Assembly (NCBI GenBank): GCA_016186115.1
Contig: JACPMK010000003.1
Coordinates: 26,470 to 90,469, forward strand
Length of the DNA: 64,000 nt
Reading direction: 5' to 3'
Source: Candidatus Wildermuthbacteria bacterium
GTDB taxonomy: Bacteria; Patescibacteriota; Minisyncoccia; Minisyncoccales; UBA10102
The number at the start of each line of letters is the position of its first letter. Position 1 is the first letter of the stretch. Below, one piece after another: positions 38,934-48,433 of this stretch. The notes beneath the pieces are model-generated. The model was given only the letters and a program-made list of their open reading frames with translations. It ran no database searches and was not told the DNA's origin. The translations under genes and the position numbers were made by a program.

Positions 38934-40253
38934 ATGCAACAACTTCTCAAATTTTTTTTGGAAGCGTCTCTATTAAAAACCACCCAAAGGACCGGGTGGG
39001 TTTGGAGAGGAATTTCGAATCCAGAAACCGTCGCAGAACATTCCTTTCGGTTAGCTTTTTTTGCATGGGTTTTAGGGAGGAAGGCCAACTTAAATACGAA
39101 TCGCTTGATTAAACTGGCACTCTTGCATGATATTTGTGAAGTGTATGCCGGTGACTTAACGCCCCATTATGGCACAGCCCGCTACAAAGAAATTATACGA
39201 TCAAAAGAGAAGAGGGGGGCCCTGCTGAAGCGCTGGATTCGCCTTCCGCGGAAGGAAAAAATAAAAGCCGCACGGCTCCGATTTCTTGCAGAGAAGCACG
39301 CTCTATTGCAAATCTTAAGGTTCTTGCCCCGAGAAAAACGTCAGGAGCTGCTCTCTTTGTGGATTGATTTTGAGAAGGGCAGAACAGCCGAAGGCAGATT
39401 TGTAAAACAACTCGATAAGATAGAGGTTCTTTTACAAGCCATTGAATACTTTGGAGTTGGGCAAAACACTTTTGTAACTGCATGGTGGGAGGAAGCAGAA
39501 GAACTGGTAGAGCACCCCGCTCTTCGGAGTTTTTTGAAGGCGCTTGAACAAAAACTTTACTACAAAGAAAAAACAGAGATGGATCCCCTCATTGACTTTT
39601 TGATGCAGATAGGAAAGTTGAAGAGAGCGCCATTGTATATATGGGTACTACGAAAAGTGAAGAATCCCGACTCAGTAGCAAATCACATATTTATGCTTGC
39701 GTTGATGGTCTGGCTGCTTTCTAGGGAAGAGAAACGTGTGTTTGATGCTGGAAGAGTCATAAAGATTGCTCTCTGTTCTGGCCTCTACGCAATACATCAG
39801 CCAGTCGTTACAAGCAGTTATGCCAAGGCTTTAGTGGGCGTAAAAACAGAAAAAGCAAGAGAAGAATTGTTAAAGAAATGGATTCGATATTCTGTAGAAG
39901 AAAAAAAAGCAATCGCAAGAGAACGCTATTCCCAAGAACGGCTAGCCGTTCAGAGGCTCGTTTCTTCATTAGGTGAAGATCTTCAAAAAGAGATTATTGG
40001 GTCATGGAGCGAATATCGAGATAGCCAGACCTCCGAAGCTCGCTTTGCCAATCAAGTATACGTTCTTGAACTTTTAACCCGAGCTCTTCAATATTGGACG
40101 AAAGATAAAGATTTTCCTATCAAGGCGTGGTGGGAATGGGCATTTGAAAGATCGGATACGCAGCAGAATTTACAATTCATGGCAGCATTAAAAAAGAAAT
40201 TTTACGTCTCGTCTCGCGTAGCTCGTAACAAAAAGGAAAGAGGGACTAGATAA
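38934..40253 (+). CDS. tandem HD-domain (YfbR-like) protein, second domain degenerate
   Basis: RTGW..ETVAEHS..LLHD..E..GD; repeat 2 DSVANHI..LCSG lacks HD. Confidence 0.85.
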   Translation: MQQLLKFFLEASLLKTTQRTGWVWRGISNPETVAEHSFRLAFFAWVLGRKANLNTNRLIKLALLHDICEVYAGDLTPHYGTARYKEIIRSKEKRGALLKRWIRLPRKEKIKAARLRFLAEKHALLQILRFLPREKRQELLSLWIDFEKGRTAEGRFVKQLDKIEVLLQAIEYFGVGQNTFVTAWWEEAEELVEHPALRSFLKALEQKLYYKEKTEMDPLIDFLMQIGKLKRAPLYIWVLRKVKNPDSVANHIFMLALMVWLLSREEKRVFDAGRVIKIALCSGLYAIHQPVVTSSYAKALVGVKTEKAREELLKKWIRYSVEEKKAIARERYSQERLAVQRLVSSLGEDLQKEIIGSWSEYRDSQTSEARFANQVYVLELLTRALQYWTKDKDFPIKAWWEWAFERSDTQQNLQFMAALKKKFYVSSRVARNKKERGTR

Positions 40254-40275
40254 TCTTTATAGCTAGTCCCTCTTT
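40237..40275. terminator. bidirectional hairpin between convergent HD genes
   Basis: aaagagggactag / ctagtccctcttt. Confidence 0.65.
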
Positions 40276-40870
40276 ACTCCTGCTCTTCTTTCCACCAGAT
40301 AAGTTCTTCTGGATTCTGCAAGAGTACTGCCCAGAGTGCTTTTGCGCTTTGCGTAACGATACGGAGCTCTATCTCCTTAATGAACTCGGCGGTATCGTAC
40401 CCTTCTTTTCTGTAGAATAGTGCTTGAATGCCCTGCTCAATAATCATGGCATCATGGACCACTTTCGACTCTATGGTTGTGTTCTCATGATATTCTTTGA
40501 GCAGCTCTTCGAGGAGGTTCTTGGCAGAAGAGGGGAGGCCTGCTCTTTGTTTTTCTTCTGCCGCTTGGTCGATTTCTATCTTTTTAACCCCTAGATTTTC
40601 CAGAAGTCGCGCGAGTGGCCGAGCGATGTCTCCCGTTCTGGATTCTCCAATATCGTGGAGAGTTGCCATTGTGCAACACCGGAAGGGGTTCGCGTTCTCT
40701 TCCTCAGCTAGTAAAACCGCAATGATCGCAGTAACGAAGGTATGGTCCGCAACGGATTCAACCTTCGAAGGGGAAACTCCAACGCGGAACCAACCGGTCC
40801 GAGGGAGTACCTTTAGGGTGAACGCTTCTATAATAAACCTTGCTATTCCTCTTAATTCTTCTGTTTCCAT
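40274..40870 (-). CDS. HD-domain phosphohydrolase (YfbR-like)
   Basis: LPRTGW, ESVADH, LHDIGESRTGD; ggaggacaag SD. Confidence 0.88.
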   Translation of the reverse strand: METEELRGIARFIIEAFTLKVLPRTGWFRVGVSPSKVESVADHTFVTAIIAVLLAEEENANPFRCCTMATLHDIGESRTGDIARPLARLLENLGVKKIEIDQAAEEKQRAGLPSSAKNLLEELLKEYHENTTIESKVVHDAMIIEQGIQALFYRKEGYDTAEFIKEIELRIVTQSAKALWAVLLQNPEELIWWKEEQE

Positions 40871-40983
40871 CTTGTCCTCCCATGCCCTATATTTTGTGGG
40901 TGCGTGCTATATTGATAACATAAGCATTATCTTAAAGCAAATATTCCGACTCGCAATTGGCGATCTCGTTTTGTTAGCTTATA

Positions 40984-41988
40984 ATGAGAAGAATGAAAAA
41001 GATTGGTTTTTTTGTTTTGTTTTTTGCTGGCGGGGTTGCGCTGTTTTGGTGGACCATTGATCACATTGGATGGCAGGAAATTTTTCAGGCAGCCCAGAAT
41101 TTTTCATTTGTTCAGGCCGTCGTCATTCTTCTGCTTACTCTTGCAATGGTAATAGTTGGGATTTGGCGCTGGAGAATGATTCTTGGATATACGGGGTACT
41201 CCCTTCCTCTGCGTAAGCTTAGTGGGCTTTTCCTCGGGGGCTTTGGCATCACCTATTTCGTTCCCATGGTAATTCTGGGAGGGGAATTATTTCGCGCCTA
41301 TGCCTTAAAAGAACAACATCAAATTCCTTTCCAGAAGGGTTTGGCTTCGGTAAGCATCGAACGAATTTTAGAGATTACAACAAATTTTTTCTTTGGTATC
41401 ATTGGGCTTCTTGTTTTGGCTTTTCAGACCGAGACCATTCCTCCCAAAGGGGTCTTGGCCCTCATGGCGGTCGCATTGATTTTTGGCATTGTTATTCTTT
41501 TTTTCTATTTCCAAAGTTTCCGCAGAGAAAGTATTCTTCATATTTTTTTTCGGAAACGAGATTCTGATCTGGATGGTTTGGAGCAAGATGTACTCGGATT
41601 TTTTTATTGGAAAAACCGCTGGCTAAGAATTGGATTTGCGCTTTCTCTGTTGAGAAGCGGAATTGCTTTTGCAAGAACAATAGTTCTGATATTTTTTCTT
41701 ACCAATACGATAGAGCTTCTCCCTGCGCTTTCTATTCTTGGGTTTTACTATATCGCTTTGCTCCTGCCTATTTCTGCGTTGCTCGGTTCCCATGACGCAC
41801 TGCAGGCCTTCGCCTTTCAGGCATTCGGGCTTCAGCCCTCTGGGGGTGCTGCATTCGCGTTGATTATCCGCGGAGTCGAATTTCTGGTCGCTATTGTGGG
41901 GTTAATTATTGTGAGCGTAACGGGGACAAGATTATTTATTCGTCGGACCCTGGGAAGGGTTGAAGGAATTGTTCGTCATTTACCCTAG
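40984..41988 (+). CDS. lysylphosphatidylglycerol synthase TM-domain (UPF0104) flippase-like protein
   Basis: WRW, GGELFRAY, ERILE, P..LG, multiple TM helices. Confidence 0.85.
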   Translation: MRRMKKIGFFVLFFAGGVALFWWTIDHIGWQEIFQAAQNFSFVQAVVILLLTLAMVIVGIWRWRMILGYTGYSLPLRKLSGLFLGGFGITYFVPMVILGGELFRAYALKEQHQIPFQKGLASVSIERILEITTNFFFGIIGLLVLAFQTETIPPKGVLALMAVALIFGIVILFFYFQSFRRESILHIFFRKRDSDLDGLEQDVLGFFYWKNRWLRIGFALSLLRSGIAFARTIVLIFFLTNTIELLPALSILGFYYIALLLPISALLGSHDALQAFAFQAFGLQPSGGAAFALIIRGVEFLVAIVGLIIVSVTGTRLFIRRTLGRVEGIVRHLP

Positions 41989-41991
41989 AAT

Positions 41992-43737
41992 ATGCAAAAT
42001 CAAAAACTCGCCTCTATTCTCGCAACAATCTCTGCGTATCTGGCAATGGATGATGTTCCATTCAAGCCCCAAGCATATGAGCAGGCCGCAACTGCAGTGC
42101 AGGCGCTTTCAGAAGACGTGGAGGATATCTACAGAAAAGAGGGCTTGAAGGGCCTTGAACGGATTCCCGGCGTAGGAAAAAGTATTGCAGAGAAAATTGA
42201 AGAATATATAAAGACCGGTAGGATGCAATATTATGAAGAGTATCGCAAAAAAATCCCGGTGGATGTGGAAGAACTCATGGCAATTGAGGGAATAGGGCCA
42301 AAGACCGTGAAGACGCTGTACCAGCATTTAAAGATCAAAAATCTTGGGGATTTGGAACGGGCAGCAAAAGCAGGAAAAATCCGAAAGCTTCCTCATTTTG
42401 GTGAGAAAACTGAAAAGAATATTTTGCAAGGGATCGAATTCGTCAAAAACTCCAGCGGTAGAAAATTAATAGGATATATTTATCCTTATGTGGAAGAGAT
42501 TGTCGCGCTTTTAAAAAATTCCGGCCTTGTGGAGGAGGTAATTGCCGCAGGATCTTTTCGCCGCATGAAAGAAACCGTGGGAGATGTTGATATTTTGGTT
42601 ACAACCGGGCGCGATAACGAAAAAGAGATTGTGGAATATTTTCTTTCCCATGTCCCCTATGTAAAAATTTGGGGAAGGGGCTCGACCAAAGTTTCTATAC
42701 GCACCACGCAGGACTTTGATATAGACATACGCATTCTCCCCCAGAAGGCTTATGGGGCCGCTCTCCAATATTTTACTGGTTCAAAAGAGCATAATGTGAA
42801 AGTAAGAACGTATGCGTTGCAAAAGGGATTGAAGGTAAGCGAGTACGGGGTATTCCGGGGGAGAAAGCTTGTTGCGGGCAAGACCGAAGAAGAAGTATAC
42901 AAAGCCCTTGGATTGCCGTATATTGAGCCCGAATTACGCGAAGATCAGGGAGAATTTGAAGCAGCCCTCCGACTGGAACCCCCAAAGGTTATCCCATACA
43001 ATGCTCTGCGAGGAGATCTTCAGGTGCAAACAAATTGGACCGATGGCGCCCATTCTATCGAACAGATGGCAGAGGCAGCAACGAAACAGGGCTTGGAGTA
43101 TATCGCAATTACTGATCATACCAAGGATCTTGCCATGACCGGCGGCTGCGACGAAAAAAAGCTTTTGCGGCAGATGACAGAGATCGATGCAATAAATGTA
43201 AAATTAAAAATTAAAAATTTAACATTCAGAATTTTAAAGGGGGCGGAGGTGAATATAAGAAGAGATGGTACGCTTGATATTGCAGATGAGGTGTTGGCTA
43301 AACTTGATGTGGTAGGGGCTTCGGTGCATTCGTTGTTTAAAATGAATAAAAAAGACATGACCGAAAGGATTATCCGGGCCATGCGCAATCCTCATGTTGA
43401 TATTTTATTCCATCCCACCGGACGGATTATTCAAAAGCGTGATCCTTACGAATTAGATATGGACGAGATTATCAGGGTTGCAAAAGAGACGGGGACGATT
43501 CTGGAAGTAAATGCATATCCCGAACGTCTTGACCTTAAAGATACTGATGTTCGAAAGGCAGTGAATGCAGGGGTAAAGCTTGTGATTGACTCTGATGCCC
43601 ACCATGCCGATCATTTTCGATTTCTGCGCTTTGGGATTGCGCAGGCAAGGAGGGGCTGGGCAGAAGCAAAAGATGTAGTCAATACCCTTCCCTTAAAGCA
43701 GTTTCTTGTTTCATTAAAAGATCGAAAAAAGATCTGA
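41992..43737 (+). CDS. polX: DNA polymerase X / PHP exonuclease
   Basis: GSFRR..GDVDIL, YFTGSKEHN, PELRED; PHP ITDH, HPTGR, SDAH. Confidence 0.96.
   Translation: MQNQKLASILATISAYLAMDDVPFKPQAYEQAATAVQALSEDVEDIYRKEGLKGLERIPGVGKSIAEKIEEYIKTGRMQYYEEYRKKIPVDVEELMAIEGIGPKTVKTLYQHLKIKNLGDLERAAKAGKIRKLPHFGEKTEKNILQGIEFVKNSSGRKLIGYIYPYVEEIVALLKNSGLVEEVIAAGSFRRMKETVGDVDILVTTGRDNEKEIVEYFLSHVPYVKIWGRGSTKVSIRTTQDFDIDIRILPQKAYGAALQYFTGSKEHNVKVRTYALQKGLKVSEYGVFRGRKLVAGKTEEEVYKALGLPYIEPELREDQGEFEAALRLEPPKVIPYNALRGDLQVQTNWTDGAHSIEQMAEAATKQGLEYIAITDHTKDLAMTGGCDEKKLLRQMTEIDAINVKLKIKNLTFRILKGAEVNIRRDGTLDIADEVLAKLDVVGASVHSLFKMNKKDMTERIIRAMRNPHVDILFHPTGRIIQKRDPYELDMDEIIRVAKETGTILEVNAYPERLDLKDTDVRKAVNAGVKLVIDSDAHHADHFRFLRFGIAQARRGWAEAKDVVNTLPLKQFLVSLKDRKKI
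43194..43235 (+). repeat. in-frame heptamer array in polX
   Basis: aaatgta aaattaa aaattaa aaattta acattca gaatttt. Confidence 0.75.
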
Positions 43738-43740
43738 AGT

Positions 43741-44178
43741 ATGAAATACGAACGATCTGCAGGCGCAATTGTATTCCGAATGGTACGAGGTAAGCCATCG
43801 TATCTTTTGCTTCATTACCCTTCTTCGGCAAGAACAGAGCGTGATTACTGGGATTTTCCAAAGGGCCACATAGAAAAACAGGAGGAAGATCAGGCGGCGG
43901 CGAAAAGAGAAATTACAGAGGAGACAGGCCTTGTTGATATCCAATTCCTTGAGGGGTTTGTCGAGACCATTCATTACTTTTTCTTTTTGCAGGGCCGGCG
44001 AATCTCCAAAACCGTTATTTTTTTTCTTGCAGAAACGAAAAAAAAGAAGGTTTGCATTTCTCCCGAGCACGTCGGTTTTCAATGGCTGCCGTTTCAAGGG
44101 GCATTGTCTCTTCTCAAATACAAAAACGCCAAGCATCTCCTTCTTAAGGCAAACGAATTTCTCGAACAGAATGCCTAG
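43741..44178 (+). CDS. NUDIX hydrolase (Ap4A hydrolase-like)
   Basis: SAGAIVF, WDFPKGHIE..AAKREITEETGL, SPEH. Confidence 0.92.
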   Translation: MKYERSAGAIVFRMVRGKPSYLLLHYPSSARTERDYWDFPKGHIEKQEEDQAAAKREITEETGLVDIQFLEGFVETIHYFFFLQGRRISKTVIFFLAETKKKKVCISPEHVGFQWLPFQGALSLLKYKNAKHLLLKANEFLEQNA

Positions 44179-44522
44179 CGTTTTACTGTTTCGATGATTT
44201 TTTGGAATATTTTGGGCTCTTGTTGAGCGAGTTGCGCCAAGATTTTTCGGTCAAGTCCGATATTGCGTTTTTTAAGCGAAGAGATCAGTTTGCTAAATGA
44301 AATTCCTGCTTCTCTTGCTGCTGCATTGATTTGGACCTGCCAAAGCTGGCGAAAGCTTCTTTTCTTTGCTTTTCGGTCCCGAAAAGAATGTTGCCATGCA
44401 TGAATAAGGGCTTCTTTTGCCAGGCGATATTTTGATTTTCTTCCCCAGCGGAATCCTTTCGTGTCGGAAAGAAGATGCTTGCGACGCTTGTGCGCCATTG
44501 TTCCGCGTTTAACCCGGGCCAT
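44175..44522 (-). CDS. rplT: 50S ribosomal protein L20
   Basis: MARVKRG, RDRKAKKRSFRQLW, LDRKILA. Confidence 0.98.
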   Translation of the reverse strand: MARVKRGTMAHKRRKHLLSDTKGFRWGRKSKYRLAKEALIHAWQHSFRDRKAKKRSFRQLWQVQINAAAREAGISFSKLISSLKKRNIGLDRKILAQLAQQEPKIFQKIIETVKR

Positions 44523-44525
44523 AGA

Positions 44526-44741
44526 TTATGAGCTTATTGCTTTTTTAATTTGTTGAATCTCTGAAGAAGACAAAGCGATCCATTTGCGTAGATTTCTTCG
44601 TGCTTTGCCTGATTTCTTTGCTAAAAAGTGATCTTGTCCTGTGGGTCTTCGGAGTATTTTTCCTGATCGTGTAAATCGAAAACGCTTCAAAATCGCCTTC
44701 CGTGTTTTTGCTTTTATTTTTTTGGTTCCTTTTTTTGCCAT
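44526..44741 (-). CDS. rpmI: 50S ribosomal protein L35
   Basis: KTRKA..KRF..T.SGK, H.LAKKS; synteny. Confidence 0.95.
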   Translation of the reverse strand: MAKKGTKKIKAKTRKAILKRFRFTRSGKILRRPTGQDHFLAKKSGKARRNLRKWIALSSSEIQQIKKAISS

Positions 44742-44742
44742 A

Positions 44743-45261
44743 TCATCCTTTCAAAATAATCATTGCTAATCCACGCGGTTCCTTTTTGAGTTCATGCTCT
44801 ATCTTTATTGGCGTAACGCCCCTGACCATTTCAATAAGCTTGTCGAATTTTTCCCGTGCCACATTTTGGAGCGCATTCTCTCTTCCGCGGAGCCGGAGGG
44901 CAATGCGCACTCTGTTTCCTTCTAGCAGGAATTTTGCCGCCTGTCGAGCCCGTATCTCGAGATCATGGGTAGAGATATTGAAGGTGAGACGAATTTCTTT
45001 GAGTCCGCCTCCTCCTCCGCGCTTGTGCATTTCCCTGTCTTTTTTCTCTTTCTGATACAGATATTTTCCTAGCTCCCCGATTTTGCAAACAGGGGGTTCC
45101 ACGTGTTCGGTTACCTGAATCAAATCCAAGTCACGCTCTATTGCCATTTGAAGCGCATGCTGAATCGGCACAATCCCCACTTGTTTTCCGGTCTCATCGA
45201 TGAGCCGCACTTCTTTTGCCCGTATGAAATTATTGACTAAAACTCGTTTTTGCAAATTAAT
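44743..45261 (-). CDS. infC: translation initiation factor IF-3 (ATT 45261 or TTG 45255 start)
   Basis: IRAKEVRLID, PPVCKI, KEIRL, HDL, RGRE; no ATG between tmRNA and domain start. Confidence 0.95.
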   Translation of the reverse strand: MNLQKRVLVNNFIRAKEVRLIDETGKQVGIVPIQHALQMAIERDLDLIQVTEHVEPPVCKIGELGKYLYQKEKKDREMHKRGGGGGLKEIRLTFNISTHDLEIRARQAAKFLLEGNRVRIALRLRGRENALQNVAREKFDKLIEMVRGVTPIKIEHELKKEPRGLAMIILKG

Positions 45262-45265
45262 AAAG

Positions 45266-45614
45266 TGGAGGTGGCGGGTACCGACCCCGCGTCTGGACAG
45301 GTCAAGGAATACAATCTTCAGGCATAGTCCGGTTGAGGTTGAGAAAGGGTTAAAACCGGACAAAATCCCTTTCCCTTAAGATCGAAAGGTTCAATAGTTC
45401 TCCTGATCTTAAAGAGAGCTATCTATCTCGATGGTTGGCACCTATTCCGTATACCGAGAATCAGCGGATAGGCGGCCTAAGCATTTTATGCGTAGGCAAG
45501 TGCCCTTTGAGGGGCAAATGGATTGGCAGTTGTTACTGCTCCAAGTTTTGAAGAGTTCTTGGAACTCTGTCTGCAGCATTCCTGTTGCTGTCCATCGAAA
45601 CCCTGTTCACCCCC
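45266..45614 (-). ncRNA. ssrA: tmRNA
   Basis: 5' GGGGGTG pairs with 3' CACCTCC-A (G3.U); tag ORF ANPFAPQRALAYA*; directly downstream of smpB. Confidence 0.93.
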
Positions 45615-45620
45615 TTATAC

Positions 45621-46067
45621 TTATGATGCTCTTAACGCTCGTTTCATTTCGCGCTCCGCTTCTCTGCGTCGGATGGTCTCGCGCTTATCATACTGTTTTT
45701 TGCCTTTTGCAAGAGCAAACTCAATCTTAATTTGAGCGTTTTTATTATACAATCGAAGCGACACCAAAGTCAATCCTCTCTCTTTTGCCTTGCCCATGAG
45801 ATAGCTTAGTTCTTTTTTGTGCAAGAGCAGCTTGCGGGAGCGTTGCGGATCATAGCTTGAAAGGGCATTTCTCGGCTGATAGGGGGGAATAGTCACGCCA
45901 ACAAGGAAAAGTTCATTTCCTCGGGGAACGATGTAGGATCCGGCCAACTGTGCCCGTCCTAATTTGATTGATTTTACCTCTTGTCCATTCAATACAATAC
46001 CCGCCTCGAACTTCTCGAGGATTTCATAATTAAAATACGCTTTTCGATTTTCTGCAAAATCTGTCAT
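45621..46067 (-). CDS. smpB: SsrA-binding protein
   Basis: NRKAYFNY, EAGIVL.GQEVKS, RKLLL, GKKQYDKR. Confidence 0.98.
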   Translation of the reverse strand: MTDFAENRKAYFNYEILEKFEAGIVLNGQEVKSIKLGRAQLAGSYIVPRGNELFLVGVTIPPYQPRNALSSYDPQRSRKLLLHKKELSYLMGKAKERGLTLVSLRLYNKNAQIKIEFALAKGKKQYDKRETIRRREAEREMKRALRAS

Positions 46068-46109
46068 TGCTTACATTCTAAAAGAAAATACGCTAAACTG
46101 AAATAGATT

Positions 46110-47861
46110 ATGGTCCGAGTGGAAATTGAGAGATTAATCAAACAAGCACTTGAAGGCCTTCAAAAAGCGCACCAATTGGAGAATTTTGAGCTGGGCGAAA
46201 TTCCCTTGGAGCATCCGCAAAATCCAGAGCATGGGGATTATGCCACGAGCGTGGCCTTTGCATTGGCAAAGCAACTTGGCAAAAATCCAAGCGAAGCAGC
46301 TGAATTAATTGCTTCGCGTTTCACGCCTCGTGCTTCAGAAATTCTGGACGAGGTCAAGGCAGTTGGCGGCTTCGTGAATTTTTCCATCTCCAAAAAGTAT
46401 CTTTTCCAAGAGCTTAACGCCGTGATCCAGCAAAAAGAACAGTATGGAAAGATCGATTCGCTGAAGGGGAAAAAAATCATGGTGGAGTATGCTCATCCTA
46501 ATACTCATAAAGAAATGCATATTGGGCATATGCGCACTTTAATTACGGGTGAGGCCTTGGCCCGTATTCTTGGTTTGTGCGGGGCAAAGGTTTTCCGGGC
46601 AAATTATCAGGGAGACATCGGGCCGCATGTTGCCAAAGCAATTTGGGGTACGCAAAAGATTCTCAAAGAGCGCAACCTTACATGGGCAAAGGCAGAGAAA
46701 TTGAGTTTGAGCGATAGGGCGCATTTGCTTGGCGAGGGATACGTGAAGGGTAACAGGGAATACGAGGCAAATAAAGAAGAAATTGACGAACTCAATGCAA
46801 AGCTTTATCGGCGAGATACGAAAATAATGTCGATCTATCGGCAGACGCGCGAATGGAGCTTGGATTATTTTTCTGCAATCTATAAACAATTTGGCACGAA
46901 GTTCGACAAGCTCTATTTTGAGAGCCAAGTTGCAAGTATCGGGAAAAATATTGTTCTCAAAAATATCGGGAGAGTATTTGAAAAAAGCGAAGGCGCATTT
47001 ATTTTTGACGGCGAAAAATATGGCCTTCATAAGCGCGTGTTCATTACGCAAGACGGAAATCCTACGTACGAAGGAAAAGAAATGGGATTGGCTTTTGTGC
47101 AGCACAAAGACTTTCCTTTTGATCTCAATGTGCATGTGGTGGCGAACGAACAGACGGGATATTTCAAAGTGGTAATGAAGGCCCTCGAACTAATAGACAA
47201 GAAATTCGCAGGAAAGGAATATCACTTGCCCATGGGAATGGTGCAATTGGTCGGTCTTAAAATGTCTTCCCGTACAGGCGTTGTGATTACGGTGGATGGG
47301 TTGCTCGTCCAAGTACAAGATGCGTTGCAAAAATTGATTACGAATAGGAAGCTTTCTCAAAAAGAAAAAAAACGGATTGCAGAAATAGGAGCGATGGCTG
47401 CCGTAAAGTATTCGATACTCAAAACAGATACAAAATCCAATGTAGTATTCGATATGAAAAAATCTGTGAGTTTGGATGGGGACTCTGGCCCGTATCTTCT
47501 TTATACGTATGCGAGGTGTAGAAGTATATTAAGAAAAGCACGAAATTCGAAATTCGAAATTCGAAATAAATCCCAAATTTTAAATTCAAAATTCTCAAAA
47601 GAAGAACTCGATGTTTTGCGAACGATTTATAAATTTCCCGAAGTGGTCAGAGAGGCGGCAGAGAAATTTTCACCAAGCATTATTTGCAGCTATATTTTTG
47701 ATGTGGCGCAAAAATACAATCTTTTTTACCATACGTCCCCCGTGTTGCAGGCAGAGACAAAAGAGCAAAAAGCATTTCGTCTTCTGCTCACCGGAGCAGT
47801 TGCCCAATTGATCAAAAATAGTTTATCCCTCTTGGGCATCCAAACTCTGGAGCGAATGTAA
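46110..47861 (+). CDS. argS: arginine--tRNA ligase
   Basis: HGDYA, EYAHPN, HIGH, KMSSR, GDSGPYL.Y.YAR. Confidence 0.97.
   Translation: MVRVEIERLIKQALEGLQKAHQLENFELGEIPLEHPQNPEHGDYATSVAFALAKQLGKNPSEAAELIASRFTPRASEILDEVKAVGGFVNFSISKKYLFQELNAVIQQKEQYGKIDSLKGKKIMVEYAHPNTHKEMHIGHMRTLITGEALARILGLCGAKVFRANYQGDIGPHVAKAIWGTQKILKERNLTWAKAEKLSLSDRAHLLGEGYVKGNREYEANKEEIDELNAKLYRRDTKIMSIYRQTREWSLDYFSAIYKQFGTKFDKLYFESQVASIGKNIVLKNIGRVFEKSEGAFIFDGEKYGLHKRVFITQDGNPTYEGKEMGLAFVQHKDFPFDLNVHVVANEQTGYFKVVMKALELIDKKFAGKEYHLPMGMVQLVGLKMSSRTGVVITVDGLLVQVQDALQKLITNRKLSQKEKKRIAEIGAMAAVKYSILKTDTKSNVVFDMKKSVSLDGDSGPYLLYTYARCRSILRKARNSKFEIRNKSQILNSKFSKEELDVLRTIYKFPEVVREAAEKFSPSIICSYIFDVAQKYNLFYHTSPVLQAETKEQKAFRLLLTGAVAQLIKNSLSLLGIQTLERM
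46311..46338 (+). repeat. in-frame degenerate heptamer array in argS
   Basis: gcttcgc gtttcac gcctcgt gcttcag = ASRFTPRAS. Confidence 0.55.
47536..47595 (+). repeat. in-frame heptamer array in argS
   Basis: aagcacg (aaattcg)x3 aaat aaatccc aaatttt aaattca aaattct = ARNSKFEIRNKSQILNSKFS. Confidence 0.9.
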
Positions 47862-47878
47862 AAAGCGTTTCTCTGAAT

Positions 47879-47893
47879 TTCGATAGTATCGAA
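47879..47893. promoter_or_regulatory. perfect palindrome, candidate operator
   Basis: ttcgata-g-tatcgaa upstream of PaaX-like gene. Confidence 0.45.
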
Positions 47894-47942
47894 CACTGAA
47901 AAGAACTTGGAAAGAATCAAGAATGAAAACCAAGAATGAAAA

Positions 47943-48401
47943 ATGAAAATAAAAAGTACATCAATATTATGCGATAGGATAAAATTGATGTACAACGCTT
48001 TTTATCGGTTGCGCAAAGAGGGCTGCATTTATATCGAACGGCGCAACAATCAAATTTTTATTTCTCTCACCGAAAAAGGAAGAAGGAAAGCCGGACGGTT
48101 TTAGATTGATAGCTTGAAAATTAAAAAGCCAAAGCAATGGGATAGAAAATGGCGCTTGATTATGTTTGATATTGCACAGCTCCATCTTTTCAAGAGAAAC
48201 GCGCTCCGAGGAATTCTAAAACGACTGCAATTTTATCAACTTCAGAAAAGTATTTGGATTCATCCTTTTGATTGCCAGGATGAGTTCGATCTTCTGAAGG
48301 ATTTTTTCGGTTTGACCGTTAGGGAGATGAGATTTGTGGTTGCCAATGATATTGGGGACGATCAATCTTTGCGTACAATGTTTAAGTTGCAAACTGTTTG
48401 A
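47943..48401 (+). pseudogene. PaaX-like wHTH/Cas2-fold regulator with in-frame TAG
   Basis: ..FYRLRKEG..ISLTEKG..GRF*(TAG 48102-48104)IDSLKIKKPKQWDRKWRLIMFDI..FYQLQKSIW. Confidence 0.75.
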
Positions 48402-48433
48402 AAAGTCGGCTCAAAAATGTTAAATTGAGTGGC

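Noticed and set aside
45262..45735. Extended infC N-terminus and small ORFs over 45431-45735
   Set aside because: They overlap the tmRNA and smpB
48102..48104. Stop-codon recoding (TAG readthrough or code 25)
   Set aside because: Many intact genes here end in TAG or TGA at the expected length; only one internal stop was seen
47943..48401. CRISPR-Cas (Cas2-like fold here; Cas4-like nuclease at 33908)
   Set aside because: No repeat-spacer array or cas1 seen; the motifs fit a PaaX-like regulator and a generic PD-(D/E)XK nuclease
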